DNA of 32,000 nt from Inmirania thermothiophila (GCF_003751635.1 NZ_RJVI01000001.1:182733-214732); one strand, 5' to 3'. Numbered from the stretch's first letter, positions 1 through 9,296 are shown. Notes: generated by a model not told the origin, from the letters alone. Numbers and translations are program-made.

Positions 1-614
1 AGCTCATGACGATGGAGGGGGCGCCGGGGGTGACCGACGTGGTGGTGGCGCCGCTGCTCGGCAACGCCGCGGTGGTGCTGCTGCTGGTCACGCCCCTCAT
101 CACCATGCGGCTGGTGGCGGAGGAGCGCCGCGCCGGCACCCTGACCCTGCTCTACTCGGCCCCGGTCTCCATGACCGAGATCGCGCTCGGCAAGTACTTG
201 GGCGTGATCCTGTTCCTGCTCTGCGCCGTGGGCCTCGTCGCCCTCATGCCGCTGGCGCTTCTCGCCGGCGGCGCCCTGGACGGCGGCAAGGTGGCGGCCG
301 GGCTGCTCGGGCTCGCCCTGCTGCTTGCCGCCTTCGCCGCCGTCGGACTCTACATGTCCTCGCTCACGGCCCAGCCCGTGGTGGCCGCGGTCAGCACCTT
401 CGGCGTCCTGCTCCTGCTCTGGATCGCCGACTGGGCGCGCAACGTGCGCCCGGAGGTGGACACGGTGCTCGGCTACCTCTCGCTGGTGCGCCACTACGAG
501 AACCTGCTGAAGGGGCTCGTGGACACCGGCGACCTCGCCTACTACGGGCTGCTGGTGGTGACCTTCCTCGCCCTCACCGTGCGGCGCCTCGACGGCGACC
601 GCTTCGTCCGCTGA
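1..614 (+). CDS. ABC-2 type transporter permease (GldF/NosY-like), 5'-truncated by the window edge
   Basis: The frame is open from the window start to TGA 612-614. The protein is a hydrophobic multi-TM protein with an EERRAGTLTLLYSAPVS-type motif typical of ABC-2 permeases. It is followed by GldG-like and DUF4340 genes, as in GldF/GldG-type loci. Confidence 0.75.
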   Translation, partial: LMTMEGAPGVTDVVVAPLLGNAAVVLLLVTPLITMRLVAEERRAGTLTLLYSAPVSMTEIALGKYLGVILFLLCAVGLVALMPLALLAGGALDGGKVAAGLLGLALLLAAFAAVGLYMSSLTAQPVVAAVSTFGVLLLLWIADWARNVRPEVDTVLGYLSLVRHYENLLKGLVDTGDLAYYGLLVVTFLALTVRRLDGDRFVR

Positions 615-627
615 CGGAGGCCGCGGC

Positions 628-2019
628 ATGGAGGTGAACCGTCGCACCCGCGCCACGCTGCGCATCCAGGGCCTGCTCTTCGTCGCGCTGCTGCTGGGCG
701 CGGTGGGCCTCGCCGCCTACCTCACCCACCAGCACCGGGTCCAGTGGGACTGGACCGCGGGCGGGCGCAACACCCTCTCGGAGGCGAGCCGCACGCTCCT
801 GGCGCGGCTCGAGGGGCCGGTGGAGATTACCGCCTACGTGCGGCCCAACGAGGCCCTGCGCACCCGCATCCGCGACCTCGTGGACCGCTACCGGCGGGCG
901 CGCGAGGACGTCTCGCTGCGCTTCGTCAACCCCGACACCGCCCCGGCCGAGGTCCGCAGCCTCAACATCACCGTCGACGGCGAGCTCCTGGTGCGCTACC
1001 AGGGCCGCAGCGAGCACGTCCGCCAGCTCACCGAGGAGGCCCTCACCAACGCCCTGCAGCGGCTCGCCCGCGGCGGCGAGCGCTGGGTGGTCTTCCTCAC
1101 CGGCCACGGCGAGCGCGACCCCCTCGGCGAGCGCAACTTCGACCTCGGCACCTTCTCGCGCGAGCTCGAGGGCAAGGGCGTACGGCTGCGCACGCTCAAC
1201 CTCGCCCGCGACCCGCGGATCCCCGACAACACCACCCTGCTCGTCATCGCCGGGCCGCAGCGCGACTACCTGCCGGGCGAGGTGGAGGTGGTGCGCCGCT
1301 GGGTCCGCGAGGGCGGCAACCTCCTCTGGCTCCTGGAGCCCGACGGCCTGCACGGCCTCGACGCCCTCGCCCGGGACCTGGGCCTTGCCACCGTCCCCGG
1401 CCACGTCGTCGACCCCACCGGGCAGATGGTGGGCATCGCCCAGCCCGACTTCATCCTCGTCCCCGAGTATCCCTTCCACCCCGTGACCGAGGGCTTCACC
1501 GACCTCACCCTCTTCCCCCAGCCGGTGGCGCTGCGCCACGAGGCCCCGGAGGGCTGGGAGGGGCAGCCGCTGCTGCGCACCCTCGCCCGGGCCTGGGCCG
1601 AGTCGGGCCCCCTGGAAGGGGTCGTGACCCTGGACCCCGCCGAGGGCGACGAGCCGGGGCCGCTGACCCTGGCGGTGACCCTCACGCGGCCGCGTCCGCA
1701 GCCCGAAGCGAAGGCCGGCGACGAGGCGCCGGCGGAACCGCCGGCGCCCCGGCAGCGCGTCGCCGTGGTGGGCGACGGCGACTTCCTCGCCAACGCCTTC
1801 GTCGGCAACGGCGGCAACCTCGCCTTCGGCGCGAGCCTGTTCAACTGGCTGCTGCACGACGACGCCCTGATCCGGATCCCGCCCAAGACCGCCCCCGACA
1901 CGCAGCTTGCGCTCTCGCGGCAGGCGCTCTCGCTCATGGGCGTCGGCTTCCTCGTAGGGCTGCCGCTCCTCCTCGCGGGCGGCGGGACCCTCGTCTGGTG
2001 GCGGCGGCGCAGGGCCTGA
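628..2019 (+). CDS. GldG-family ABC transporter auxiliary protein
   Basis: 463-aa ORF with SD ACGGAGG 615-620. It has an N-terminal TM helix, a large extracytoplasmic domain and a C-terminal TM helix ending in WWRRRRA. This is the architecture and sequence style of GldG / ABC-type uncharacterized transport system proteins. Confidence 0.8.
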   Translation: MEVNRRTRATLRIQGLLFVALLLGAVGLAAYLTHQHRVQWDWTAGGRNTLSEASRTLLARLEGPVEITAYVRPNEALRTRIRDLVDRYRRAREDVSLRFVNPDTAPAEVRSLNITVDGELLVRYQGRSEHVRQLTEEALTNALQRLARGGERWVVFLTGHGERDPLGERNFDLGTFSRELEGKGVRLRTLNLARDPRIPDNTTLLVIAGPQRDYLPGEVEVVRRWVREGGNLLWLLEPDGLHGLDALARDLGLATVPGHVVDPTGQMVGIAQPDFILVPEYPFHPVTEGFTDLTLFPQPVALRHEAPEGWEGQPLLRTLARAWAESGPLEGVVTLDPAEGDEPGPLTLAVTLTRPRPQPEAKAGDEAPAEPPAPRQRVAVVGDGDFLANAFVGNGGNLAFGASLFNWLLHDDALIRIPPKTAPDTQLALSRQALSLMGVGFLVGLPLLLAGGGTLVWWRRRRA

Positions 2020-2024
2020 CTCCG

Positions 2025-2912
2025 ATGCGCGGGCGCTGGCTTCTCAACCTCGCGCTGCTCGCCCTGGTCGCGGTCCTCGCCGCCCTCGCGTGGTGGCCGC
2101 AGCGCCGGGGCGCGGAGCCGCCCGCCCCGCCGCTCGCCGCCGTCCAGCGGGACGCGGTGCGGCGGATCGAGATCGTGCGCGGCGACGACACGCTGCTCGT
2201 GGAGCGGGACGAGGGCGGGCGCTGGTGGCTTGCCGGCACGCCGCGGCTGCCCGCCGACGGGGCCAAGGTGGAGAGCGTGCTCGGGCTTGCCGCGACGCCC
2301 AGCGAGCAGCGCTACCCGGTGGCCGACCTCGATCTCACGCAGTTCGGCCTCGACCCGCCGCGGGTCACGCTGCGCCTGGGAGAGGCCGAGCTCGCCCTCG
2401 GCGATGCCGAGCCCATCAGCGGACGGCGCTACATCCGCGTCGGCGACACCCTGCACCTCGTCTCCACGGGCGTCTTCGCCACCCTCACCGCCGGGCGCGA
2501 CGCCTGGATCAGCCCCCAGCTCGTCCCCGAGGGCGCCGAGCTCGAGGCGGTGCGCCTGCCCGACGGCGTCACCGTCCGCCGCACCGACGGCGGCTGGGCC
2601 CGGGAGCCGCAGGCGGAGGGGGTCGGGGAGGCGGCCCTCGCCGACTTCGCCGACGGCTGGCGCCTTGCGCGCGCCTTCGAGGCCGGCATGGACGCGGACC
2701 CGCCGCCCGCAGGAGAGGTGGTGACCCTCGTCCTCGAAGGCCTCGGCGAGCGCCGTTTCGTCATCGTCCAGCGCGAGCCCGAGCTCGTCCTGCGCCGCCT
2801 CGACCTGCCCGTGCGCTACCGTTTCACCCGCTTCACCGCCGAGCGGCTCCTCGCCCCGCCCAAGGGCGAGGCGGCCGGCGGGAAGGCGTCGGAGGGGCGG
2901 GAAAGCGGCTGA
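2025..2912 (+). CDS. DUF4340 domain-containing protein
   Basis: In-frame ATG at 2025, 5 nt after the GldG stop, inside the long 744..2912 ORF. It has an N-terminal signal/anchor (MRGRWLLNLALLALVAVLAAL). Its position after GldG is typical for DUF4340. Confidence 0.7.
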   Translation: MRGRWLLNLALLALVAVLAALAWWPQRRGAEPPAPPLAAVQRDAVRRIEIVRGDDTLLVERDEGGRWWLAGTPRLPADGAKVESVLGLAATPSEQRYPVADLDLTQFGLDPPRVTLRLGEAELALGDAEPISGRRYIRVGDTLHLVSTGVFATLTAGRDAWISPQLVPEGAELEAVRLPDGVTVRRTDGGWAREPQAEGVGEAALADFADGWRLARAFEAGMDADPPPAGEVVTLVLEGLGERRFVIVQREPELVLRRLDLPVRYRFTRFTAERLLAPPKGEAAGGKASEGRESG

Positions 2913-3002
2913 GCCGGCTGCGCACCTCCCGTCGGGGGTATGGCCGCGGCGCCGCGCCGCCGGGGAGACTTCCCCCGGGATCACCCCGGGGGAGAAGCCG
3001 CC

Positions 3003-3494
3003 ATGCAGCGCACCGCCCTCGCCCTCGCCGCCGCCCTCGCCGCCGCGCCGGCGGGCGCCGCCGAGGGCCTCGTCCAGTACAGCATGCTCCGCCCCGAGAC
3101 CGCCCTGCGCATGGCCCAGGCGGCGCTGGAGAGCTGCCGCAAGGCCGGCTTCCAGGTCGCGGTGGCGGTGGTGGACCGCATGGGTGTGACCCAGGTCCTC
3201 CTGCGCGACCGCCTCGCCGGTCCGCACACCCCGGAGACCGCGCGGCGCAAGGCCTGGACCGCCGTGAGCTTCCGCACCGACACCGCGACCCTGGCCGAGG
3301 TCACCCAGGCCGGCAAGGTCCAGTCCGCGGCCCGCGACATCCCCGGGGCGCTCATGCTCGCCGGCGGGCTGCCGGTGGAGGCGGGCGGCAGCATCGTCGG
3401 CGGCATCGGCGTCTCCGGCGCCCCCGGCGGCGAGCTCGACGCCCGCTGCGCCCGCGACGGCATCGCCGCGGTGGAGGACGAGATCAACTTCTGA
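3003..3494 (+). CDS. GlcG/HbpS-like (DUF336) heme-binding family protein, predicted periplasmic
   Basis: The GGLPV..GGSIVGGIGVSGAPGGELDARCA motif is characteristic of the GlcG/DUF336 family. The internal ATG at 3003 gives a signal peptide (MQRTALALAAALAAAPAGAAEG) and is preceded by SD GGGGGAGAAG. An alternative ATG lies at 2940. Confidence 0.75.
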   Translation: MQRTALALAAALAAAPAGAAEGLVQYSMLRPETALRMAQAALESCRKAGFQVAVAVVDRMGVTQVLLRDRLAGPHTPETARRKAWTAVSFRTDTATLAEVTQAGKVQSAARDIPGALMLAGGLPVEAGGSIVGGIGVSGAPGGELDARCARDGIAAVEDEINF

Positions 3495-3521
3495 GCGCCG
3501 CGCCGGGTACCATGGGCGGCC

Positions 3522-4313
3522 ATGACCCGCGCCGCCCTCGCCCTCCTGCTCGCCTGCGCCCAGGCCGCCCAGGCCGCGCCCCGCTGGACGGCGGGGGTGG
3601 GCGCCGCGGCGCTGCGGCTCCCCGACTATCCCGGCGCCCCCGATGCGCGCGACCACCTGCTGCCCTTCCCCTACCTCGCCTACCAGGGCGAGCGGCTGCG
3701 CATCGACGGCGCGCAGGCCCGCGAGCGCCTCTTCGCCGGTCCGCGCGCGCGGCTGGAGCTGAGCCTCTTCGGCAGCGTCCCGGTGCGCCGCCGTGACGAC
3801 GGGCCGCGCGCCGGGATGCCGGCGCTGGACCCCCTGCTGGAGGCGGGCCCGGAGCTTCGGATCCGGCTCGATGCGGCAGGGCGCTGGCGGCTCCTCCTGC
3901 CCCTGCGCCTGGCCTGGGCCACGGACCTGCGGAGCCTGCGCCCGAAGGGCCTGACCTTCGCCCCCGCCCTGGCCCGGCGCACCCCTTGGGCGGGCGGCCG
4001 TCTCACCCTCTCCCTGGGGCTGGCCTGGCGCGACCGCCGCCGTCACGGCTACGTCTACGACGTCGACCCGCCCTTCGCCGCGCCGGCCCGGCCTGCCTTC
4101 CGCGCCCCGGGCGGCTACGGCGGCGCCCGCTTCCAGGTCGCCTGGGGCCGGCGCGGCCCGCGCTGGATCCTTGGCGCCTACCTGCGCTGGGACGACCTGC
4201 ACGGGGCGGCCTTCGAGGCGAGCCCCCTGGTGCGGCGCCGCGGCCACCTCCAGGGGGGGCTCGCCGTCACCCGCATCCTCTGGCGGCGCGGCACCGCGCC
4301 GGCCGCGGAGTAG
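3522..4313 (+). CDS. MipA/OmpV family outer-membrane protein
   Basis: 263-aa ORF with a signal peptide (LLLACAQAAQAAPRW). The beta-barrel-like alternating pattern and the PDYPGA..LPFPYLAYQGERL motif are typical of MltA-interacting protein family members. Confidence 0.7.
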   Translation: MTRAALALLLACAQAAQAAPRWTAGVGAAALRLPDYPGAPDARDHLLPFPYLAYQGERLRIDGAQARERLFAGPRARLELSLFGSVPVRRRDDGPRAGMPALDPLLEAGPELRIRLDAAGRWRLLLPLRLAWATDLRSLRPKGLTFAPALARRTPWAGGRLTLSLGLAWRDRRRHGYVYDVDPPFAAPARPAFRAPGGYGGARFQVAWGRRGPRWILGAYLRWDDLHGAAFEASPLVRRRGHLQGGLAVTRILWRRGTAPAAE

Positions 4314-4318
4314 CGCCG

Positions 4319-5149
4319 GTGCCTGAGCTGCCCGAGGTCGAGACGACGCGGCGCGGCATCGCCCCGCACGTGGAGGGGCGGCGGCTCCTCGGCGCCGTGG
4401 TGCGCGAGGCGCGGCTGCGGCGGCCGGTGCCGCCCGATCTGCACCGGCGCATCGCCGGGGCGCGCGTGCGGGCGGTGGCGCGGCGGGCCAAGTACCTGAT
4501 CCTGGAGCTGATCCGGGAGGACAGCCCTGCCGGCGCCCTGCTGATCCACCTCGGCATGTCCGGGAGCCTGCGCGTGCTCGACGCGAACGCCCCGCCCGGC
4601 CCCCACGACCACGTCGATCTGCGGCTGGAAGGGGGCCGGGCGCTGCGGCTGCGCGACCCGCGCCGCTTCGGCCTCGTCCTCTTCTGCCCGGGCGACCCGC
4701 CGGCCCACCCGCTGCTCGCGGGGCTGGGCCCCGAACCCCTCGACCCCGGCTTCGACGGCGCCGCCCTCGCCGCCGCCCTGCACGGGCGGCGCAGCGCCGT
4801 GAAGGCGGCGCTGCTGGACCAGAAGGTGGTGGCGGGCGTCGGCAACATCTACGCCTGCGAGGCCCTCTTCGAGGCCGGCATCCACCCGGCGCGACCGGCG
4901 GGGCGGATCGCCCCGGTGCGGCTCGCGCGGCTTGCCGGCGCGCTCCGTGCGGTGATGGCGGAGGCGGTGGCCGCCGGCGGCTCGACCCTGCGCGACTTCG
5001 TCGGCGGCGACGGCCGCCCCGGCTACTTCCAGCACCGCTTCCGCGTCTACGGCCGCGCGGGCGCCCCGTGCCCCCGCTGCGGCGGCGCGATCCGCCGCCG
5101 CCTCCTCGCGCAGCGGGTGACCTACTACTGCCCGCGCTGCCAGCGCTGA
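4319..5149 (+). CDS. mutM: Formamidopyrimidine-DNA glycosylase
   Basis: GTG start at 4319 gives (M)PELPEVETTRRG, the invariant Fpg N-terminus. A C-terminal zinc finger (CPRCGG...YYCPRCQ) is present. Confidence 0.95.
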   Translation: MPELPEVETTRRGIAPHVEGRRLLGAVVREARLRRPVPPDLHRRIAGARVRAVARRAKYLILELIREDSPAGALLIHLGMSGSLRVLDANAPPGPHDHVDLRLEGGRALRLRDPRRFGLVLFCPGDPPAHPLLAGLGPEPLDPGFDGAALAAALHGRRSAVKAALLDQKVVAGVGNIYACEALFEAGIHPARPAGRIAPVRLARLAGALRAVMAEAVAAGGSTLRDFVGGDGRPGYFQHRFRVYGRAGAPCPRCGGAIRRRLLAQRVTYYCPRCQR

Positions 5150-5155
5150 GCCGGC

Positions 5156-6100
5156 TCAGGCCGCCAGCGGCGGCGCCGCGGCGCGGTGCGCCTCGAGCAG
5201 CCGGCGGTACTCGTCGGGGTCCTTGCGCCGGGCGAGGACCCCCTCGCGGGGGAAGTGCCAGTCGTAGAGCCGCGACAGCCAGAAGCGCAGGGCGGCGAGG
5301 CGCAGCATGCGCGGCCAGGCGGCATGCTCCTCGGGGGTGAAGGGGCGGACCGCGGCGTAGGCGCCCACGAGGGCCGCCGCCCGCGTCTCGTCGAGGCCGC
5401 CGCCGGGCACGGCGCACCAGTCGTTGACGGCGATGGCCACGTCCAGCAGCAGCACGTCGCTGCAGGCGTAGTAGAAGTCGATCACGCCCGAGAGGCGTCC
5501 GTCCTCGAAGAGGACGTTGTCGCGGAAGAGGTCGGCGTGGACGATGCCGCGCGGCAGCCCCGCCGGCGGGGGCAGCGCCTGCGCCGCCACCTCCTCGGCG
5601 AGCAGCCGCGAGGCCACGGGGTCGAGGCGGGGCCGGACCTGCGCCGCCGTCGCCTCGCGCCAGGCCGCGCCGCGCGGGTTGGGGCGGTGGCGCGGGAAGT
5701 CGGCGGCGGCGGCGTGCAGCCGCGCGAGCAGTTCGCCCGCCGCGGCGCAGTGCGCCGGCCTCGGCGCTGTCACGCTGGCCCCGGGCAGGCGCTCCACCAG
5801 CACCGCCGGCCGTCCGGCGAGCCGCTGCAGGCAGGCGCCGCCGCGGTCGGCGAGGGGCCGCGGGCAGGGGATGCCCCGCGCCGCCAGGTGTCCCGTCAGG
5901 GCCACGAAGAAGGGCAGGTCCTCGCGCGGCACCGAGGACTCGAACAGGGTCAGGACGAAGCGGCCGCCCTCGGCGGTGACGAAGTAGTTGGTGTTCTCGA
6001 TGCCCTCGGCGATGGGCTCGAGGGCGATGAGCGCGCCGAGGTCGTAGCGCGCGAGCAGCGCCGCCACCTCCCGCTCGCCGACCTCGGTGTAGACCGCCAT
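5156..6100 (-). CDS. thrB: Homoserine kinase (APH-fold, Pseudomonas-type ThrB)
   Basis: 314 aa, starting MAVYTEVGEREVAALLARYDLG...IAEGIENTNYFV, with an HADLFRDNVLF catalytic loop. It lies next to DUF2782 and polA, as in Pseudomonas. Confidence 0.9.
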   Translation of the reverse strand: MAVYTEVGEREVAALLARYDLGALIALEPIAEGIENTNYFVTAEGGRFVLTLFESSVPREDLPFFVALTGHLAARGIPCPRPLADRGGACLQRLAGRPAVLVERLPGASVTAPRPAHCAAAGELLARLHAAAADFPRHRPNPRGAAWREATAAQVRPRLDPVASRLLAEEVAAQALPPPAGLPRGIVHADLFRDNVLFEDGRLSGVIDFYYACSDVLLLDVAIAVNDWCAVPGGGLDETRAAALVGAYAAVRPFTPEEHAAWPRMLRLAALRFWLSRLYDWHFPREGVLARRKDPDEYRRLLEAHRAAAPPLAA

Positions 6101-6104
6101 CGCC

Positions 6105-6437
6105 TCACCAGCTCCGGATCACCCAGCCGGGCACCAGCACCTCGGGGGCGAGCTCGAAGCGGCGCGTCTCCAGCTCGCCGTCACCGTCGGTGTCGATGAG
6201 GAAGTAGGGCCGCCCCCGGCGCGGCACCACCCGCACCATGTAGAGCCTGCCGCGGATGCGGTACTCCTCCACCACGCCGCCCTCGCTCGGGCGGATGGTC
6301 ACCTCGGGCCGCGGCGCCGCCGGCGCCTCCTCGGCCCCGGCGGGCAGGGGCGGGGGCGGCTCCTCGGGCCACGACGGCGGGGCGCCGAGCACCGCCCCGG
6401 CCCACGCCGCCGCCAGCCATGGCGCCCATCCTCTCAA
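6105..6437 (-). CDS. DUF2782 domain-containing secreted protein
   Basis: This is the C-terminal part of the 6105..9248 minus ORF: ...EVTIRPSEGGVVEEYRIRGRLYMVRVVPRRGRPYFLIDTDGDGELE, a DUF2782-like sequence. The start is uncertain. I place it at the in-frame TTG at 6437, which has an upstream AAGGGGG and gives a signal-like WAPWLAAAWAGAVLG. Confidence 0.6.
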   Translation of the reverse strand: MRGWAPWLAAAWAGAVLGAPPSWPEEPPPPLPAGAEEAPAAPRPEVTIRPSEGGVVEEYRIRGRLYMVRVVPRRGRPYFLIDTDGDGELETRRFELAPEVLVPGWVIRSW

Positions 6438-6539
6438 CCCGGAGCCCCCTTCCTCGACCCGGCGCCAGTTTACCAAGCCGCCGCGACGCCGTCGCCGCCG
6501 GCTTCCTATAATGGGCCTTCCCTGCCGCCGGAACGGGCC

Positions 6540-9251
6540 ATGCGCGAGAAGCCGACCCCGCTCGTCCTCGTCGACGCCAGCTCCTATCTCTATCGCGCCT
6601 TCCACGCCCTGCCGCCGCTCGCCAACTCCCGCGGCGAGCCCACCGGCGCGATCCACGGCGTCCTCACCATGCTGCGCCGGCTCCTCGCCGACCTGCGCCC
6701 GGAGCGCATCGGCGTGGTCTTCGACGCCCCCGGCCGGACCTTCCGCGACGACCTCTTCGAGCGCTACAAGGCGCAGCGCCCGCCCATGCCCGAGGCCCTC
6801 GCCGCCCAGGTGGAGCCGCTGCTGGAGGCCATCGAGGCCATGGGGCTGCCGCTGCTGCGGGTCCCGGGGGTGGAGGCCGACGACGTCATCGGCACCCTCG
6901 CCCGGCGCGCCGCCGCCCGCGGCCTCGACACCGTGATCTCCACCGGCGACAAGGACATGGCCCAGCTCGTCGGGCCGCACGTGACGCTGGTCAACACCAT
7001 GACCGGCACCGTCCTCGATGCCGCGGGCGTGGAGGCCCGCTTCGGCGTGCCGCCCGAGCGCATCGTCGACCTGCTCGCCCTCATGGGCGATGCCAGCGAC
7101 AACATCCCGGGGGTGCCGCGCTGGGGCCCCAAGACCGCGGCGCGCTGGCTCCGGCACTACGGCTCGCTCGATGCGCTCCTCGCCCACGCCGACGAGATCC
7201 CGGGCAAGGCGGGCGAGAGCCTGCGCGCCCATCTGGACCAGCTCGCCCTCTCGCGCGAGCTCGCCACCATCCGCCGCGACCTCGACCTCGAGACGGATCT
7301 CGACGACTTGCGCCCTCGCCCGCCCGACCGCGGGCGGCTGCGCGCGATCTACCAGCGCCTCGAGCTCGCCCGCCTGCTGCGCGCCCTCGAGGAGGAGGAA
7401 GGCGCGCCGGGGGACGGCGCCGAGCGCGCCGAGGCGGCGCCGCGGGCCGAGGTGGAGGTGATCCTCGACGAGGCGGCGCTGGCACGCTGGCTCGAGCGGC
7501 TCGCCGCCGCCGAGCTCGTCGCCATCGACACCGAGACCACCAGCCTCGACCCCCTGGACGCGCGGATCGTGGGCCTGTCCTTCGCGGTGGACGAGACGCG
7601 CGCGGCCTACCTGCCCCTCGGTCACGACTACGCCGATGCGCCGCCGCAGCTTCCGCGCGAGGCGGTGCTGGCGCGGCTGCGGCCGATCCTGGAGGATCCG
7701 GCGCGCCCCAAGCTCGCCCACAACCTCAAGTACGACCTCGCGGTGCTGTGGGGCGCGGGAATCGAGCCCGCGGGGCTCGCCCACGACACCATGCTCCAGT
7801 CCTACGTCCTCGACGCCGCCGCCGCCCGCCACGACCTCGACACCCTGGCCCTGCGCCATCTCGGCCGGCGCACCACCCGCTACGAGGAGGTGGCGGGCAA
7901 GGGCGCGCGCGAGATCCCCTTCGGGCAGGTGCGCATCGAGGACGCCGCCCCCTACGCCGCCGAGGACGCCGAGGTGGCCCTGGCGCTGCACCGGGTGCTG
8001 TGGCCGCGGCTCGCCGCCGAGCCCGATCTGCGCCGCGTCTACGAGGAGATCGAGATGCCGCTGGTGCCGGTGCTGGCGCGCATGGAGCGCCACGGCGTGC
8101 TGGTGGATGCGGCGCTGCTGCGGGCCCAGGGCGAGGAGCTCGCCGCGCGTCTGGCCGAGCTCGAGCGCGAGGCCCACCGCCTCGCCGGCCGCCCCTTCAA
8201 CCTCAACTCCCCGAAGCAGCTCCAGGAGATCCTCTTCGGCGAGCTGGGCCTGCCGGTGCGGCGCCGCACCCCCAAGGGCCAGCCCTCCACCGCCGAGGAG
8301 GCGCTGCAGGAGCTCGCCCTCGACTATCCGCTGCCGCGCGTCATCCTCGAGCACCGGGCCCTCGCCAAGCTCAAGGGCACCTACATCGACCGCCTGCCCG
8401 AGCGCATCCACCCCCGCACCGGGCGCGTCCACACCTCCTACCACCAGGCCGGCACCGCCACCGGCCGCCTCGCCTCCGCCGACCCCAACCTCCAGAACAT
8501 CCCCGTGCGCACCCCCGAAGGGCGGCGCATCCGCCAGGCCTTCATCGCCCCGCCCGGGCACCTGCTGCTGTCGGCCGACTACTCGCAGATCGAGCTGCGG
8601 ATCATGGCCCACCTCTCCGGCGACGAGGGCCTGCTGCGCGCCTTCGCCGAGGGACGCGACATCCACCAGGCCACCGCGGCGGAGGTCTTCGGGGTGGCCC
8701 CCGAGGCGGTCACGCCGGCGCAGCGCCGCGCCGCCAAGGCCATCAACTTCGGCCTCATCTACGGCATGTCGGCCTTCGGCCTCGCGCGCCAGCTGGGCAT
8801 CCCGCGGGAGGAGGCCCAGGCCTACATCGACCGCTACTTCGCGCGCTACCGCGGGGTGGCCGCGTTCATGGAGCGCACCCGCGAGCAGGCCCGCCGCGAC
8901 GGCTATGTCACCACCCTCTTCGGCCGCCGCCTCCATCTGCCGGAGCTGCGCGCGGCGAGCGCCGCCCGCCGCGCCGCCGCCGAGCGCGCCGCCATCAACG
9001 CCCCCATGCAGGGCACCGCCGCCGACCTCATCAAGCGCGCCATGATCGCCATCGACCGCTGGCTGCGCGAGACCGGCTCGGGGGCTCACCTGATCCTGCA
9101 GGTCCACGACGAGCTGGTGCTGGAGGTGCCGGAGGCGGAGGTGGAGCGCGTGCGCGAGGCGGTGGTGCGCTGCATGCGCGAGGCGGGACGGCTGCGCGTG
9201 CCCCTGGTGGTGGAGACCGGCGTCGGGCGCAACTGGGACGAGGCCCACTGA
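6540..9251 (+). CDS. polA: DNA polymerase I
   Basis: 903 aa containing a 5'-3' exonuclease N-terminal domain, a 3'-5' exonuclease domain (DTETTSLD) and polymerase motifs (SADYSQIELRIMAH, QVHDELV). Confidence 0.98.
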   Translation: MREKPTPLVLVDASSYLYRAFHALPPLANSRGEPTGAIHGVLTMLRRLLADLRPERIGVVFDAPGRTFRDDLFERYKAQRPPMPEALAAQVEPLLEAIEAMGLPLLRVPGVEADDVIGTLARRAAARGLDTVISTGDKDMAQLVGPHVTLVNTMTGTVLDAAGVEARFGVPPERIVDLLALMGDASDNIPGVPRWGPKTAARWLRHYGSLDALLAHADEIPGKAGESLRAHLDQLALSRELATIRRDLDLETDLDDLRPRPPDRGRLRAIYQRLELARLLRALEEEEGAPGDGAERAEAAPRAEVEVILDEAALARWLERLAAAELVAIDTETTSLDPLDARIVGLSFAVDETRAAYLPLGHDYADAPPQLPREAVLARLRPILEDPARPKLAHNLKYDLAVLWGAGIEPAGLAHDTMLQSYVLDAAAARHDLDTLALRHLGRRTTRYEEVAGKGAREIPFGQVRIEDAAPYAAEDAEVALALHRVLWPRLAAEPDLRRVYEEIEMPLVPVLARMERHGVLVDAALLRAQGEELAARLAELEREAHRLAGRPFNLNSPKQLQEILFGELGLPVRRRTPKGQPSTAEEALQELALDYPLPRVILEHRALAKLKGTYIDRLPERIHPRTGRVHTSYHQAGTATGRLASADPNLQNIPVRTPEGRRIRQAFIAPPGHLLLSADYSQIELRIMAHLSGDEGLLRAFAEGRDIHQATAAEVFGVAPEAVTPAQRRAAKAINFGLIYGMSAFGLARQLGIPREEAQAYIDRYFARYRGVAAFMERTREQARRDGYVTTLFGRRLHLPELRAASAARRAAAERAAINAPMQGTAADLIKRAMIAIDRWLRETGSGAHLILQVHDELVLEVPEAEVERVREAVVRCMREAGRLRVPLVVETGVGRNWDEAH

Positions 9252-9263
9252 GCCGCCGCGGGA

Positions 9264-9295
9264 GAAAACTTTTTCCGCCCGCGCGGGTCTATAAA
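9264..9295 (+). promoter_or_regulatory. SigmaE/AlgU-type promoter candidate (gAAAACTT-N16-TCTATAAA)
   Basis: The -35-like AACTT ends at 9271, a 16-nt spacer follows, and TCTAT begins at 9288. This is an isolated AT-rich patch immediately after the polA stop. Confidence 0.5.
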
Positions 9296-9296
9296 G

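Noticed and set aside
744-2024. N-terminal 427 codons of the 722-aa + strand ORF (744..2912)
   Set aside because: This is an off-frame overlap of the GldG-like gene with an Arg/Pro-rich translation. The real gene (DUF4340) starts at the in-frame ATG at 2025, right after the GldG stop.
1266-5417. 1383-aa minus-strand ORF spanning five + strand genes
   Set aside because: The translation is Arg/Pro/Gly/Ala low-complexity sequence typical of off-frame or antisense reading of very GC-rich DNA. The region is fully explained by recognisable + strand genes (GldG-like, DUF4340, GlcG-like, MipA, mutM).
6438-6539. Search for SOS (LexA) boxes or other operators in the polA / DUF2782 divergent region
   Set aside because: Only a TATAAT (6507-6512) stands out. 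No CTGT-N8-ACAG-like dyad or convincing -35 element is seen.
6438-9248. Upstream ~940 codons of the 1047-aa minus-strand ORF antisense to polA
   Set aside because: The composition is low-complexity and it is antisense to an unambiguous polA. Only the last ~110 codons (DUF2782) look like a real protein.
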